Positions 1 to 12,573 of a stretch of 64,000 nt of DNA are shown piece by piece (position 1 is the first letter of the stretch; every line of letters starts with the position of its first letter). Under the pieces are notes generated by a model. That model was not told where the DNA came from and made no database searches. It saw only the letters and a list, made by a program, of their open reading frames with translations. The position numbers and the translations under genes are program-made. The stretch comes from an uncultured Gammaproteobacteria bacterium (GTDB lineage: Bacteria; Pseudomonadota; Gammaproteobacteria; DRLM01): positions 480,001 through 544,000 of the forward strand of contig CAVSNY010000007.1 in NCBI GenBank assembly GCA_963729605.1, in the 5' to 3' direction.

Positions 1-456
1 GGTGATCCGGCGCGTTTCCACTTTACCCGTCCCATGGTCAACCGGCCGGGCTTGGAGTTCAGCTTCAGCGGCCTCAAGACCCACGCGCTCACCACCTTGC
101 GCGCCGAGCCGCTGGCCGATGAACAAACCCGCGCCGACATCGCCCGCGCCTTCGAAGACGCGGTGGTGGATACCCTGGCCATCAAATGCCGGCGCGCGCT
201 GGAGCAGACCGGTTTGACGCGCCTGGTGGTGGCCGGCGGGGTCAGCGCCAACCGGCGTTTGCGCGCGCGTTTGGATGACATGGCGCGGCCGCTAGCCGCG
301 GCGGTTTATTATCCGCGCCTGGAGTTTTGCACCGATAACGGCGCGATGATCGCCTACGCCGGTTATCAACGCCTGCGGGCCGGTCAGGCCGAACCGCTGG
401 CCTTCACGGCCTGGCCGCGCTGGCCGCTGAGCGAGGTCGCGGCGCCGTCGGCGTGA
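1..456 (+). CDS. tsaD: tRNA t6A transferase subunit TsaD (5'-truncated by window)
   Basis: Frame open from base 1; motifs [16 protein letters not shown] and CTDNGAMIA typical of TsaD/Kae1. Confidence 0.95.
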   Translation, partial: GDPARFHFTRPMVNRPGLEFSFSGLKTHALTTLRAEPLADEQTRADIARAFEDAVVDTLAIKCRRALEQTGLTRLVVAGGVSANRRLRARLDDMARPLAAAVYYPRLEFCTDNGAMIAYAGYQRLRAGQAEPLAFTAWPRWPLSEVAAPSA

Positions 457-481
457 GGCCGGCCCGCGCACCGCAATCACC

Positions 482-1516
482 ATGTCCATCCAAAATTGGT
501 TCGAGGAAAAACAATCGGCCTGGCTCTACCGCATCGTCACCCGCGCCGAGCCCGACCCGGTTAAAAGCACGTTGTTCGCCGAGCTGGCCGACATGGCCGA
601 GTCTCAGGCCCGGATCTGGCAACAGCAGATCGAGCGGACCGGCGGCCAGGTTCCCGAGTTTCGCCCGGGCCCGCGCGCGCGGCTGGTGGCGCGTTTGATC
701 GGCGTATTGGGTCCGCATGCCCTGCGGCCGGTGCTGGCGGCGATGAAGGTGCGCGGTATGTCGGTTTATCGCGGCGCGGCGGCGCACGGCGGCCATCCCA
801 TGCCGACCTCGGTCGGCGAAGTCGGCCACCGCCATCAGGGCGTGGAAGCGGGCGGCAATCTGCGCGCCGCGGTGTTCGGGGTCAATGACGGCCTGGTGTC
901 GAATGCCGCGCTGATCATGGGGGTGGCGGGGGCGACTCAAGAGCCCAAGATCGTGCTGCTCACCGGCATGGCCGGGTTACTGGCCGGGGCCTTTTCCATG
1001 GCGGCGGGGGAATACGTCTCCATGCGTTCCCAGCGCGAACTGTTCGAATATCAAATCGCCCTCGAGCGCGAGGAGTTGGAGGAGTACCCCATCGAGGAGC
1101 AGGAGGAACTGGCGCTGATCTATAAGGCGCGCGGTCTCACCAAAGAACAGGCTGATGAAGTGGCCGCGGGGCTGATGAAGAATTCGGAGCAGGCCCTCGA
1201 CACCCTGGCCCGCGAGGAGCTGGGCTTGAATCCCGGCGAGCTGGGTTCGCCGTGGGGCGCGGCCTTGTCTTCTTTTATCGCATTCGCCGCGGGCGGCATG
1301 GTGCCCTTGCTGCCGTTCCTGTTCGGCGCCGGGCCTTCTCTGTTGACCGCCATCGTGATGGTGACCGGCGCCGCCTTGTTCGGCGTGGGCGCGACCCTCA
1401 GCCTGTTCACCGGGAAACCGGCCTGGTGGAGCGGGCTGCGCATGGTGCTGATCGGCGGCGCGGCGGGCCTCGCCACCTATCTGATCGGCGGGCTGATGGG
1501 GGCGTTCTTGGCCTGA
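482..1516 (+). CDS. VIT1/CCC1 family metal transporter with N-terminal ferritin/rubrerythrin-like domain
   Basis: RAAVFGVNDGLVS and GAFSMAAGEYVS VIT1 motifs, hydrophobic C-terminal helices, soluble N-terminal EEKQSAWLY...AESQA segment. Confidence 0.85.
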   Translation: MSIQNWFEEKQSAWLYRIVTRAEPDPVKSTLFAELADMAESQARIWQQQIERTGGQVPEFRPGPRARLVARLIGVLGPHALRPVLAAMKVRGMSVYRGAAAHGGHPMPTSVGEVGHRHQGVEAGGNLRAAVFGVNDGLVSNAALIMGVAGATQEPKIVLLTGMAGLLAGAFSMAAGEYVSMRSQRELFEYQIALEREELEEYPIEEQEELALIYKARGLTKEQADEVAAGLMKNSEQALDTLAREELGLNPGELGSPWGAALSSFIAFAAGGMVPLLPFLFGAGPSLLTAIVMVTGAALFGVGATLSLFTGKPAWWSGLRMVLIGGAAGLATYLIGGLMGAFLA

Positions 1517-1686
1517 ACACCGGCCGCCGCCAAGCCGAGGTGGATTAAGTAACCGCGAGGCCAGTATAATACCCCACCTTTTTTGCCGCGCTCGGCTGGC
1601 GGCCGGTTTGAGTAATCCAGTAATCATTTTTATTGATCCCCCTTTAGCGCCCCCCGTCCTGAGCGGTTAAATTCGAGGTTTCCCCC

Positions 1687-3495
<1,809 letters not shown>

Positions 3496-3525
3496 ACGGG
3501 CGCGTTCGAATAATGCCGTAACGCG

Positions 3526-3946
3526 ATGCCGAACACGCCGGCCGAGGCGCTGAACCGATCCTGCCGGTGTACCACCGTCGATCACGGCGCCTTGGCCCGC
3601 GCGCTGGCGGAGACGCTGAACGGCGGGGTACGGCGGCAAGGCGGTTTATCGCGGCGATAAACTCACGCGCCGGGTGTGGCGGGCGATCCTCGCGGGCGGT
3701 TACGTGGCCCAAGAATACGCGCCGCCGGGGCAGCGGACGCTCACCTTGGACGGTGCCGCCGCCGCGCTGAAATTCGATGTGCGGGCCTATGTTTATGCAG
3801 GCCGGGTACCGTTGTTCGCCGCGCGCCTTTACCAAGGCCAGGCCACCCATTTTCGCACCCCCGGCGGGGGTTTCGCGCCCGTGTATTTTCCCGTATCGAA
3901 CCTGCCGTGCGATGGTTGCGCGCCGAGTGCGCCGCTCGCTCCATAG
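3526..3946 (+). pseudogene. Internally deleted ATP-grasp-like ligase remnant
   Basis: ATG 3526 frame MPNTPAEALNRSCRCTTVD... stops at 3660; +1 frame from ~3620 reads [18 protein letters not shown]...YVAQEY...KFDVRAYVY...[17 protein letters not shown], resembling an ATP-grasp C-terminal part. Confidence 0.6.
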
Positions 3947-4007
3947 CATTCGCTCCCCTGGCCCCGCTTTGCGGGTATGATGTGAGGCGGTGTTTTTTCG
4001 GGAGTTG

Positions 4008-4961
4008 ATGATGACGGCGCTTTATCCGGATATTAAGCCTTATCTCAGTCACAGTCTCAAAGTGGACGGCCTGCACACTTTGTATGTCGAGGAGTGCGGC
4101 AACCCGCAGGGCGTGCCGGTGGTGTTCGTTCACGGCGGTCCCGGCGCCGGTTGCGAGCCCTATCATCGCCGTTTTTTCGACCCTAACGTTTACCGCATCG
4201 TACTGTTCGACCAACGCGGGGCGGGGCGTTCCACGCCGCACGCGGAATTGACCGACAACACCACCCAGCATCTGGTCGCCGACATGGAGGCGATCCGCGC
4301 CCAGCTCGGCATCGAACGCTGGGTGGTGTTCGGCGGTTCCTGGGGTTCGACGCTGGCGCTGGTGTATGCCGAGACCCATCCGGCGCGGGTGCACGGCCTG
4401 ATCCTGCGCGGCATCTTTCTCTGCGCGCCCTGGGAGATCCGCTGGTTTTATCAGGAAGGCGCCAATCATCTTTTTCCCGATTATTGGGAGGACTATCTGA
4501 AACCGGTGGCGCCCGAGGAACGCGGCGATATGGTGGGCGCCTATTACCGGCTGCTCACCGGCGAAAACGAGATCGCCCGCATGTCCGCCGCCAAGGCGTG
4601 GTCGACCTGGGAAGGGCGCTGCTCCACCCTGCGGCCCAAGCCCGAAGTCGTCAACCATTTCAGCGATGCGCACACGGCGCTGAGTCTCGCGCGCATCGAA
4701 TGCCACTATTTCATGCACGACAGCTTCCTCGCGCCGGAGCAGATTCTCCGCGACGCGCACCGTCTCAAAGACATCCCCGGCGTCATCGTGCACGGCCGCT
4801 ACGACGTGGTCTGCCCGGTCGAAAACGCCTGGCGTTTGCAGCAGGCCTGGCCCGCCGCGGAGTTGAAGATCATCGCCGATGCCGGCCATTCCGCCACCGA
4901 ACCGGGCATCGTCAGCGCGTTGGTCAACGCCACCCGCGCCATGGCGGAACGGGTGAAGTGA
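4008..4961 (+). CDS. pip: Proline iminopeptidase
   Basis: HGGPG, FDQRGAG, GGSWG nucleophile elbow, HGRYD and AGHSA catalytic motifs. Confidence 0.95.
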   Translation: MMTALYPDIKPYLSHSLKVDGLHTLYVEECGNPQGVPVVFVHGGPGAGCEPYHRRFFDPNVYRIVLFDQRGAGRSTPHAELTDNTTQHLVADMEAIRAQLGIERWVVFGGSWGSTLALVYAETHPARVHGLILRGIFLCAPWEIRWFYQEGANHLFPDYWEDYLKPVAPEERGDMVGAYYRLLTGENEIARMSAAKAWSTWEGRCSTLRPKPEVVNHFSDAHTALSLARIECHYFMHDSFLAPEQILRDAHRLKDIPGVIVHGRYDVVCPVENAWRLQQAWPAAELKIIADAGHSATEPGIVSALVNATRAMAERVK

Positions 4962-5413
4962 TCGGGCTGTTGCAGCGCGTCAGCGCCGCGTCAGTGACGA
5001 TAGCGGGCGAAAATGTCGGCGCGATTGAACGCGGCATCCTGGTGCTGGTGGGCGTGGAGCGCGGTGATGGCGAGACCCAGGCGCGGCGATTGCTGGAACG
5101 CCTGCTCGGTTACCGCATCTTTCCCGATCAGGCCGGTAAAATGAATCTGGGTTTGCGCGACATCGCGGGCGGCTTGCTGCTGGTGCCGCAATTCACTCTC
5201 GCCGCCGACACCCGGCAAGGCATGCGCCCCAGCTTCACACCCGCCGCGCCGCCGGCGGAAGGCGAAGCCTTGTTTGATTATTTGGTGACGCGGGCGCGCA
5301 ATGAATATTCGCCGGTGGCGACCGGCCGCTTCGGTGCCGACATGCAAGTGAGTTTGATCAACGACGGACCGGTGACGTTTAATTTACGAGTGCCGCCCGA
5401 CGAAAACCCGTGA
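4958..5413 (+). CDS. dtd: D-aminoacyl-tRNA deacylase
   Basis: GTG start overlapping pip stop; [34 protein letters not shown]. Confidence 0.95.
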   Translation: MIGLLQRVSAASVTIAGENVGAIERGILVLVGVERGDGETQARRLLERLLGYRIFPDQAGKMNLGLRDIAGGLLLVPQFTLAADTRQGMRPSFTPAAPPAEGEALFDYLVTRARNEYSPVATGRFGADMQVSLINDGPVTFNLRVPPDENP

Positions 5414-5441
5414 ATGAATAGCCGAGACGTGAACACGCTCA

Positions 5442-5542
5442 TTATCAACCGGCAATTGAAATGATGAACTCACCGATTGAAATATACCCTCCCAAGGCGG
5501 AAGCAGCGGTTCGATTCATTTTTTTAGTTGCCGGGTTAATAA
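5442..5542. repeat. ~100 bp element with imperfect terminal inverted repeats
   Basis: Left TTATCAACCGGCAATTGAAATGATGAA resembles the reverse complement of right TTCATTTTTTTAGTTGCCGGGTTAATAA; the right end recurs at 47998-48032. Confidence 0.45.
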
Positions 5543-5716
5543 CGCGTGTTCCGCGTTCCATGTGGCGTGAAGGTAGATCGTCGACGCGGGGAGAACGGAT
5601 TTGAAAACGATTCGGGCTCGCGACCCGTCAAGGCCGCCAAATAAAAATTTTAACGGGTGTCGCCGCGCCTGCCGGGCGGCCGGCCGCGCGCAATCGATGA
5701 GACCGCTTTAATCACC

Positions 5717-6547
5717 ATGGCCGTTTATGCGATAGGCGATGTGCAGGGCTGTTTCGACGAATTGCTCGCGCTGTTCGAGGCGATAGGTTTTTCACCCCGG
5801 CGCGATAAGGTCTGGTTCACCGGCGATCTGGTCAATCGCGGCACCCAGTCGCTGGAGGTGCTGCGCTTCGTGAAAGATTTGGGCGACCGCGCGGTGACGG
5901 TGCTCGGCAATCACGATCTGCATCTGCTCGCGGTGGCGGCCGGCGCGGCCAGGCTCCGGCCCAAGGACAGCTTCATGGATGTGCTGGAGGCGCATGACCG
6001 CGACAGCCTGCTCGCCTGGCTGCGGCGGCAGGCCTTGCTGCATCACGATGCGGGGTCGGGATATACGATGATTCATGCCGGTCTGCCGCCGCAGTGGGAT
6101 CTCGCCGCCGCCCAGGCCTGCGCCGCCGAGGTGGAACAGGTATTGCGCGGCGCCGACCCGCTGCCTTTTTTCCAACGGATGTACGGCGCCCAGCCGGCGC
6201 GCTGGCGCGACGATCTGCGGGGCTGGGAACGTCTGCGCTTCATCACCAACAGTTTTACCCGGCTGCGTTATTGCGAGGCCGACGGCAGTCTGGTCTTCAC
6301 TTTCAAAGGTGCGCCGGGCGCGCAGCCCGGCGGACAAGTGCCGTGGTTCGAAGCCGCGGAGCGGCGCAGCGCGGATTTAAATATCCTGTTCGGCCACTGG
6401 TCCACCCTCGGCCGTTATGAAGGCCGGGGAGTGACCTGCCTGGATACCGGTTGCGTGTGGGGCGCGGCGCTCACCGCCTTGCGGCTCGATGACCGGCAGT
6501 GGTTCCGGGTGTCGTGCGAAGGCGCTTGCGAACCGGGGGAAGATTGA
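5717..6547 (+). CDS. apaH: Symmetrical diadenosine tetraphosphatase ApaH
   Basis: YAIGDVQGC, GDLVNRG, LGNHDLHLL, HAGLPPQW, FGHWS, LDTGCVWG. Confidence 0.96.
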   Translation: MAVYAIGDVQGCFDELLALFEAIGFSPRRDKVWFTGDLVNRGTQSLEVLRFVKDLGDRAVTVLGNHDLHLLAVAAGAARLRPKDSFMDVLEAHDRDSLLAWLRRQALLHHDAGSGYTMIHAGLPPQWDLAAAQACAAEVEQVLRGADPLPFFQRMYGAQPARWRDDLRGWERLRFITNSFTRLRYCEADGSLVFTFKGAPGAQPGGQVPWFEAAERRSADLNILFGHWSTLGRYEGRGVTCLDTGCVWGAALTALRLDDRQWFRVSCEGACEPGED

Positions 6548-6584
6548 ACGCGCCGTCGGTTTCCGTCGGGTAAAAAAGCCCAAT

Positions 6585-6612
6585 AAAAAAGCGCCCGTTG
6601 CCGGGCGCTTTT
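6585..6612. terminator. Bidirectional intrinsic terminator between apaH and ccp
   Basis: AAAAAA-GCGCCCG-TTGC-CGGGCGC-TTTT between convergent genes. Confidence 0.8.
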
Positions 6613-6637
6613 CAGTTTCAGCGATGCTTGTCGCGAA

Positions 6638-7681
6638 TTATTTGTCGGCGACCAGCGAGCGATTGGGCGTCGCGGGCAGACGCGGCAGGGTTTGTTGCGG
6701 GAACTCGCCGGTCAGGCTGTTGAGGAAGGCCACGATGTCCGCCACCTGCGCCTCACTCAGGTCCTTGTTCAACTGCGTCTTGGCCATCACCCGCACCGCT
6801 TCATCCAGGGTGGCCACGGAGCCGTTGTGGAAGTAAGGCGCGGTCAAAGCTATGTTGCGCCAGGTCGGTACCCGCCACATGAACTTGTCCGCGTCGTCCT
6901 TGGTGACTTCATGGCGGCCCGTATCGTCCATGAGTTTGTATTTGGTGACGTAGGCGTTGTCGGTGAAGATCGGGAATTTCTGGTAGAAACCCTCGCCCAT
7001 GGGCAAGGTAGTGGGACCGGCGAAACTGGCGCCGTTGTGGCAAGCGGTACAGCCCACCTCTTCCACCAGTTTCATGCCGCGCTGCGCCTGGTCGGACAAG
7101 GCCTTCTTGTCGCCCTTTACATAACGGTCGAAGGCGCTGTTGGGCGTGATCAGGGTGCGTTCGTAGGCGGCGATGGCCTTGGCGATGTTGTCGTAGCTCA
7201 CCGGCTCGCCACCGCCGAAGACGGTCTTGAACTGTTCCACGTAACCGGGGATGGCCTTGATGCGTTCCACCGCGACTTGTTCAGAGGGGATGCCCATCTC
7301 GATCGGATTCAGGATGGGTCCCTTGGCCTGGTCTTCCAGGGTGGCGGCCCGGCCGTCCCAGAATTGGGCGGTGAGGAAGGCGGCGTTCCACACCGTGGGC
7401 GCGCTGCGTCCGCCCTTTTGACCGGCGACGCCCACGGACACCGGCCGACCGTCCTCACCGCCGGCCATGACGTTGTGGCAGGAATTGCAGGAGATCGTGC
7501 CGTCAATCGACAGCCGCGGTTCGAAGAAGAGTTGTTTGCCCAACTCGACCTTGGCCGGGGTCGTGGGGTTGTCCGCGGGGGCGGGCGCCTGGTCCGGCAG
7601 GGCTTCAAAGGCCTGGACCGTGATGCCCGCGGCGAGTAAGGCCGCGGCGCCGGAATGTATTAAAATAGCTTTAAATCGCAT
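6638..7681 (-). CDS. ccp: Di-heme cytochrome c peroxidase, periplasmic
   Basis: Signal peptide, two CxxCH motifs (CNSCH, CTACH), QFWDGRA, GPILNPIEM, TAPYFHNG. Confidence 0.93.
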   Translation of the reverse strand: MRFKAILIHSGAAALLAAGITVQAFEALPDQAPAPADNPTTPAKVELGKQLFFEPRLSIDGTISCNSCHNVMAGGEDGRPVSVGVAGQKGGRSAPTVWNAAFLTAQFWDGRAATLEDQAKGPILNPIEMGIPSEQVAVERIKAIPGYVEQFKTVFGGGEPVSYDNIAKAIAAYERTLITPNSAFDRYVKGDKKALSDQAQRGMKLVEEVGCTACHNGASFAGPTTLPMGEGFYQKFPIFTDNAYVTKYKLMDDTGRHEVTKDDADKFMWRVPTWRNIALTAPYFHNGSVATLDEAVRVMAKTQLNKDLSEAQVADIVAFLNSLTGEFPQQTLPRLPATPNRSLVADK

Positions 7682-7730
7682 GGTGGCTCCTCCTTGGGAC
7701 GTTGTCGCTTAGTATTCAGAGGTAGCAGAT

Positions 7731-7757
7731 TTTAGACTAAGTCCAATAATTGGTCTA
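7731..7757. promoter_or_regulatory. Candidate palindromic operator upstream of ccp
   Basis: TTAGAC-TAA-GTCCAA overlapping TAGACTAA-N9-TTGGTCTA, 50-76 bp before the ccp start. Confidence 0.4.
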
Positions 7758-7801
7758 GAGGCCTGTGTGCAGAAATTCCATCCTCCCAAGAATAAATTGG
7801 G

Positions 7802-8764
<963 letters not shown>

Positions 8765-8864
8765 CTAACAGGAATCCGGCGCGGCGGTGCCGCGTGACGG
8801 CTTGCCAGGACGGGCGTTTATCCTCCCTCATGCCCGGAGACTTAAGCGTCATGTCTTCTTCACG

Positions 8865-8899
8865 CCTTCTCTCGTGGGCGGAGAGGGCCGGTGTGAGGG
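8865..8899. repeat. Degenerate REP-like palindrome of the CCCTCTCCC..GGGAGAGGG..GGTGAGGG type
   Basis: CCTTCTCTCGTGGGCGGAGAGGGCCGGTGTGAGGG. Confidence 0.45.
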
Positions 8900-9517
8900 G
8901 GCGAGAGGAGCGCGAACCCTTCAGGCTTGTAGCGGCGGATGCGTGAAGCGACCCGGTTGTCACACCCCAAGGTGTGTGCATGCGCGCCGCCTGTTTACAC
9001 ATCATCGTTTCATTACGCAGCTCTGCGGCGGAACACCCGTCGGGCTTCCGCCCTGCCGCGCTCACAATAGCGTTAGATATCTCGGTTCGGCGGCCGTCTC
9101 ATCAGCCCGCCGTCGCGCGCCTTCGATAACCTACCATGGCGGTCAGCAACGTGCGCACGGCGGCTATCACGGCGGGAAATAACACCGTTGTCACGGAATA
9201 GTGTTCCAGCGCTGTGATGACGATCAGGTTGCGTGGCGATGGGACGATGTGCGCCCCTTAGGCGGCGGATATATACCGTAGCCTAAACGCTGTAATCACG
9301 CGCCGATTGTTTTAGGGCTGGCCCGTTTCGATAAATTTTGAGATGATTCGGGGCGGCGATTATCTCGAGCTGAGTTTTGGTTGAAATTCCGCGGCTCGGC
9401 CGGGGACGTCATTATTCAAAAATAAGATAGATGTGTTTCATAGGGGGGTTGGACCACTGCGCTTTATTATTAACCTTAATTTTCGTAAACGCAGTTAATG
9501 AAAGGGAGCATGGAAGA

Positions 9518-10381
9518 ATGAACTTCGGAGTTAAAAGTCAGATATTCGCCGCCTTGGCGATGGGTGCGATCTCGGTCAACGGTATCGCGAGCGAGGACAA
9601 GCATGATAAGGGTCATGGGGCCGAGCATATGTCCGGCGAGGTTTGTGTAGGCTTCGGTCCGCAGACGCCGCGTGATATCGACAGCCTGGCCGGCGAGAAC
9701 AAGCGGGTGTTCTCCATGGCGCCGCCCTCCACCGAGATGAACCTGTGCAATATCCACTTTCACAAAAATGCCGAGCACAAGGCGGCCGCCTTTTCGATTT
9801 ATGCCGGCGACGGCGACGGTCACGGCTTTGAAAGCGGTTACCTATGCGGCATCAGCAAGGAATTGTCCGCGGCCGAGATGGCGCCCACCAAGGAAGCCAT
9901 TTGCAAGGGTGAACACGGCGACCTCAAGCCGGGCGATACCATCGAGGTGCATTGGGTCCACAGCTCCTGCGATGTCAAACCGGGTAAAGGTCTGGGCTCC
10001 TGCCTCTCCGACAGCTGCGCCAATCCCGATCTGCGCGTAGAGACCCAGGTGTTCACCTTGGTGAACGATGACAACGCCCTCGACTTCAACACCCTGGACT
10101 ACGACGGCCACATGGCCAAGGGCTTCCATCAGCCCAAGGCCCTGCCCACCAAGACCGGCAAGCCCGTCCAGTTCCTGGGTTCGACCACCGGTCCCAAGTA
10201 CGACGACGCCAAGTCGTGCTCGCCGTTGCAAGTCACCTGGAGCGTGCGTCCTCAGTGCGCCAAGCTCAACATCAACAGCGTGGGTGAATGGTGTAAGAGC
10301 AATGTCTTTGAAGAAGACCACGCGCACGGCGTGCGCAAGCTGGTGGTGAACAAGGAGCTGTTGTCTAAAATCAAAAAATAA
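9518..10381 (+). CDS. Secreted delta-class (TWCA1-like) carbonic anhydrase
   Basis: Signal peptide; GFGPQTPRDI, NLCNIHFHKNAEH, DTIEVHWVHSSC, FLGSTTG, CSPLQVTWSV; HxH...EH...ExH zinc-ligand pattern. Confidence 0.8.
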   Translation: MNFGVKSQIFAALAMGAISVNGIASEDKHDKGHGAEHMSGEVCVGFGPQTPRDIDSLAGENKRVFSMAPPSTEMNLCNIHFHKNAEHKAAAFSIYAGDGDGHGFESGYLCGISKELSAAEMAPTKEAICKGEHGDLKPGDTIEVHWVHSSCDVKPGKGLGSCLSDSCANPDLRVETQVFTLVNDDNALDFNTLDYDGHMAKGFHQPKALPTKTGKPVQFLGSTTGPKYDDAKSCSPLQVTWSVRPQCAKLNINSVGEWCKSNVFEEDHAHGVRKLVVNKELLSKIKK

Positions 10382-10414
10382 TCCGATGGGCGCGTAAGTG
10401 CCCCGTACGTAGTG

Positions 10415-10475
10415 CTCGGCCGGTCCGGCGCCGTGGCTTGATAAAAAGTCGCGGCCGGCCCGGCCGAGTTTTTTT
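10415..10475 (+). terminator. Long hairpin terminator after the carbonic anhydrase
   Basis: CTCGGCCGG...CCGGCCGAG extended stem followed by TTTTTTT. Confidence 0.65.
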
Positions 10476-10589
10476 GCGGCGTGCCAGTTCTTGGCGATCT
10501 GATTCAAGATGGTGGTATGCGCGGTGAGGCCCACGAAATGCTTCACCGGATGATATTAGCGCGCGCATACGCTGGACGCGCTTTACCCA

Positions 10590-11147
10590 CTATTCACGTA
10601 TCACTTCACCGCTGATGAGATCAACAATCCGGCTCGGCTTCGCACTCGAGTCGCACTGCCCGGCGAGAATGTCGTCGAGTTGCGCGCCGAAGTAGGTGCG
10701 CACTTTTAAGGCGTCGCGCGCCGGTGCGAGGCCGGTGGGATTGGCGCTGGTGGAGATAAGCGCGGCGCCGTAAGTTTGGCAGAGTTGCTGCGCGACAGGG
10801 CTGGTGGTGATGCGTACGGCGATGGAATGATGGCGGCCAGTAAGCCAGCGCGGCAGGCCATCGCGCGGCGGACAAATCCAGGTGGTGGGACGTTTTGTCA
10901 CAACAGTGAGTTTTTTTTGCAGGGCGAGGTCGGCGACGTCGATATACGGCAGCAGTTGTTCGAGGTCGGCGCCGATGAGGATCAGGCCTTTTTCGCGCGG
11001 CCGTCGTTTGAGTTCGAGCAGGCGTTCGACGGCGTCCTCGTCCAGCGGATTGCAGCCGAGGCCGTAGACGGTTTCGGTGGGGTAGGCGATGACGCCGCCG
11101 GCGCGCAGATGAGAAACGGCCCGGCGGATCTGCCAAGGAGTGGCCAC
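10590..11147 (-). CDS. tsaC: Threonylcarbamoyl-AMP synthase TsaC (Sua5/YrdC)
   Basis: GTG start just after purD; GGVIAYPTETVYGLGC, KGLIL, STSAN. Confidence 0.93.
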   Translation of the reverse strand: MATPWQIRRAVSHLRAGGVIAYPTETVYGLGCNPLDEDAVERLLELKRRPREKGLILIGADLEQLLPYIDVADLALQKKLTVVTKRPTTWICPPRDGLPRWLTGRHHSIAVRITTSPVAQQLCQTYGAALISTSANPTGLAPARDALKVRTYFGAQLDDILAGQCDSSAKPSRIVDLISGEVIRE

Positions 11148-11152
11148 GCGCG

Positions 11153-12439
11153 TCAGCTCTTTTCGCGGGCGATGGCGCGATAGCCGATGTCGTGGCGGTA
11201 GAATACGCCGTTCCAGTGGATGTCTTTCGCGACTTGATAGGCGCGCGCTTGCGCTTGCGCGACGCTGTCGCCCAAGGCGCAGACGCACAACACCCGGCCG
11301 CCGGCGGTGACGACCTGGCCGTCTCGTTCGGCGGTGCCGGCGTGAAAGACTTTGCTGTCGCCGTTTTCTTCGGCGGGCAGGCCGCTGATCACCTCGCCTT
11401 TGCGATATTCGCCGGGATAACCGCCCGCCGCCAGCACCACGCCCAGCGCGGGACGCGGGTCCCACTCGGCCTCGATTTGATCGAGCCGTTTATTCAAGGC
11501 CGCTTCGCACAAGGCGGGCAGGTCCGAACGCAAACGCATCATGATCGGCTGAGTCTCGGGATCGCCGAAGCGGCAGTTGAATTCCAGGACGTTGGGCGTG
11601 CCGTATTCATCGATCATCACCCCCGCGTAGAGAAAGCCGGTGTAAGGCGTGCCGTCGTCGGCCATGCCGCGCACCGTGGGCTCGATCACTTCTTTCATGA
11701 TGCGCCGGTGAATATCGGGCGTGACCACCGGCGCCGGCGAATAGGCCCCCATGCCGCCGGTGTTGGGGCCGCGGTCGCCGTCGTCGCGGGCCTTGTGATC
11801 TTGCGAAGTCGCCATCGGCAGGATGTGTTCGCCGTCCACCATCACGATGAAGCTGGCCTCTTCGCCGCTGAGAAATTCTTCGATGACCACCCGCCGCCCC
11901 GCCGCGCCGAAGGCGTCGCCGGCCAGCATGTCGCGCACCGCGGCGATGGCTTCGTCTTCGCTTTGCGCGAGGATCACGCCTTTGCCGGCGGCGAGGCCGT
12001 CGGCCTTCACCACCAGCGGCGCGCCCATGTCACGGATGTAGGCGATGGCCGGTTCGATCTCGGTGAAGTTGCGATAATCGGCGGTGGGAATGCGATGGCG
12101 AGCGAGGAAATCCTTGGTGAAGGCTTTCGATCCTTCGAGTTGCGCCGCGGCCTGGCTGGGACCGAAGCAGCGCAGTCCCGCCGCCTGAAAGGCGTCGACC
12201 ACCCCGGCCACCAGCGGCGCCTCGGGGCCGACGATGGTGAGTGCGATGCCGTTGGCGCGGGCGAAGTTCACCAGGTCGGTAATCGCCTCGGCGGCGATGG
12301 CCAGATTTTCCACCTTGGGTTCGCGGGCGGTGCCGGCGTTGCCGGGGGCGACGTAGACTTTTTTCACGCGCGGCGACTGCGCGGTCTTCCAGGCCAGCGC
12401 GTGTTCGCGTCCGCCGCCGCCGATGATCAACACCTTCAT
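11153..12439 (-). CDS. purD: Phosphoribosylamine--glycine ligase
   Basis: [48 protein letters not shown]. Confidence 0.98.
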   Translation of the reverse strand: MKVLIIGGGGREHALAWKTAQSPRVKKVYVAPGNAGTAREPKVENLAIAAEAITDLVNFARANGIALTIVGPEAPLVAGVVDAFQAAGLRCFGPSQAAAQLEGSKAFTKDFLARHRIPTADYRNFTEIEPAIAYIRDMGAPLVVKADGLAAGKGVILAQSEDEAIAAVRDMLAGDAFGAAGRRVVIEEFLSGEEASFIVMVDGEHILPMATSQDHKARDDGDRGPNTGGMGAYSPAPVVTPDIHRRIMKEVIEPTVRGMADDGTPYTGFLYAGVMIDEYGTPNVLEFNCRFGDPETQPIMMRLRSDLPALCEAALNKRLDQIEAEWDPRPALGVVLAAGGYPGEYRKGEVISGLPAEENGDSKVFHAGTAERDGQVVTAGGRVLCVCALGDSVAQAQARAYQVAKDIHWNGVFYRHDIGYRAIAREKS

Positions 12440-12573
12440 AAAACGGCCTCGAAATGGTGGTTTGTCAGGGGTGGCAAAGGATACCGCAAAGCGCGCCGCG
12501 CTGTCTCGGCGCGGCCGCCGGGAGGGCCATGCTAGAATCCCAGGCACTGCGGTCACAACGAGTCAGGGATCAC

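Noticed and set aside
4484-4957. N-terminal extension of the dtd ORF
   Set aside because: Overlaps pip out of frame; Dtd similarity begins at GTG 4958
9518-11147. Functional link between the carbonic anhydrase and bicarbonate-using TsaC
   Set aside because: The genes are convergent and the CA carries a signal peptide, so adjacency is probably incidental
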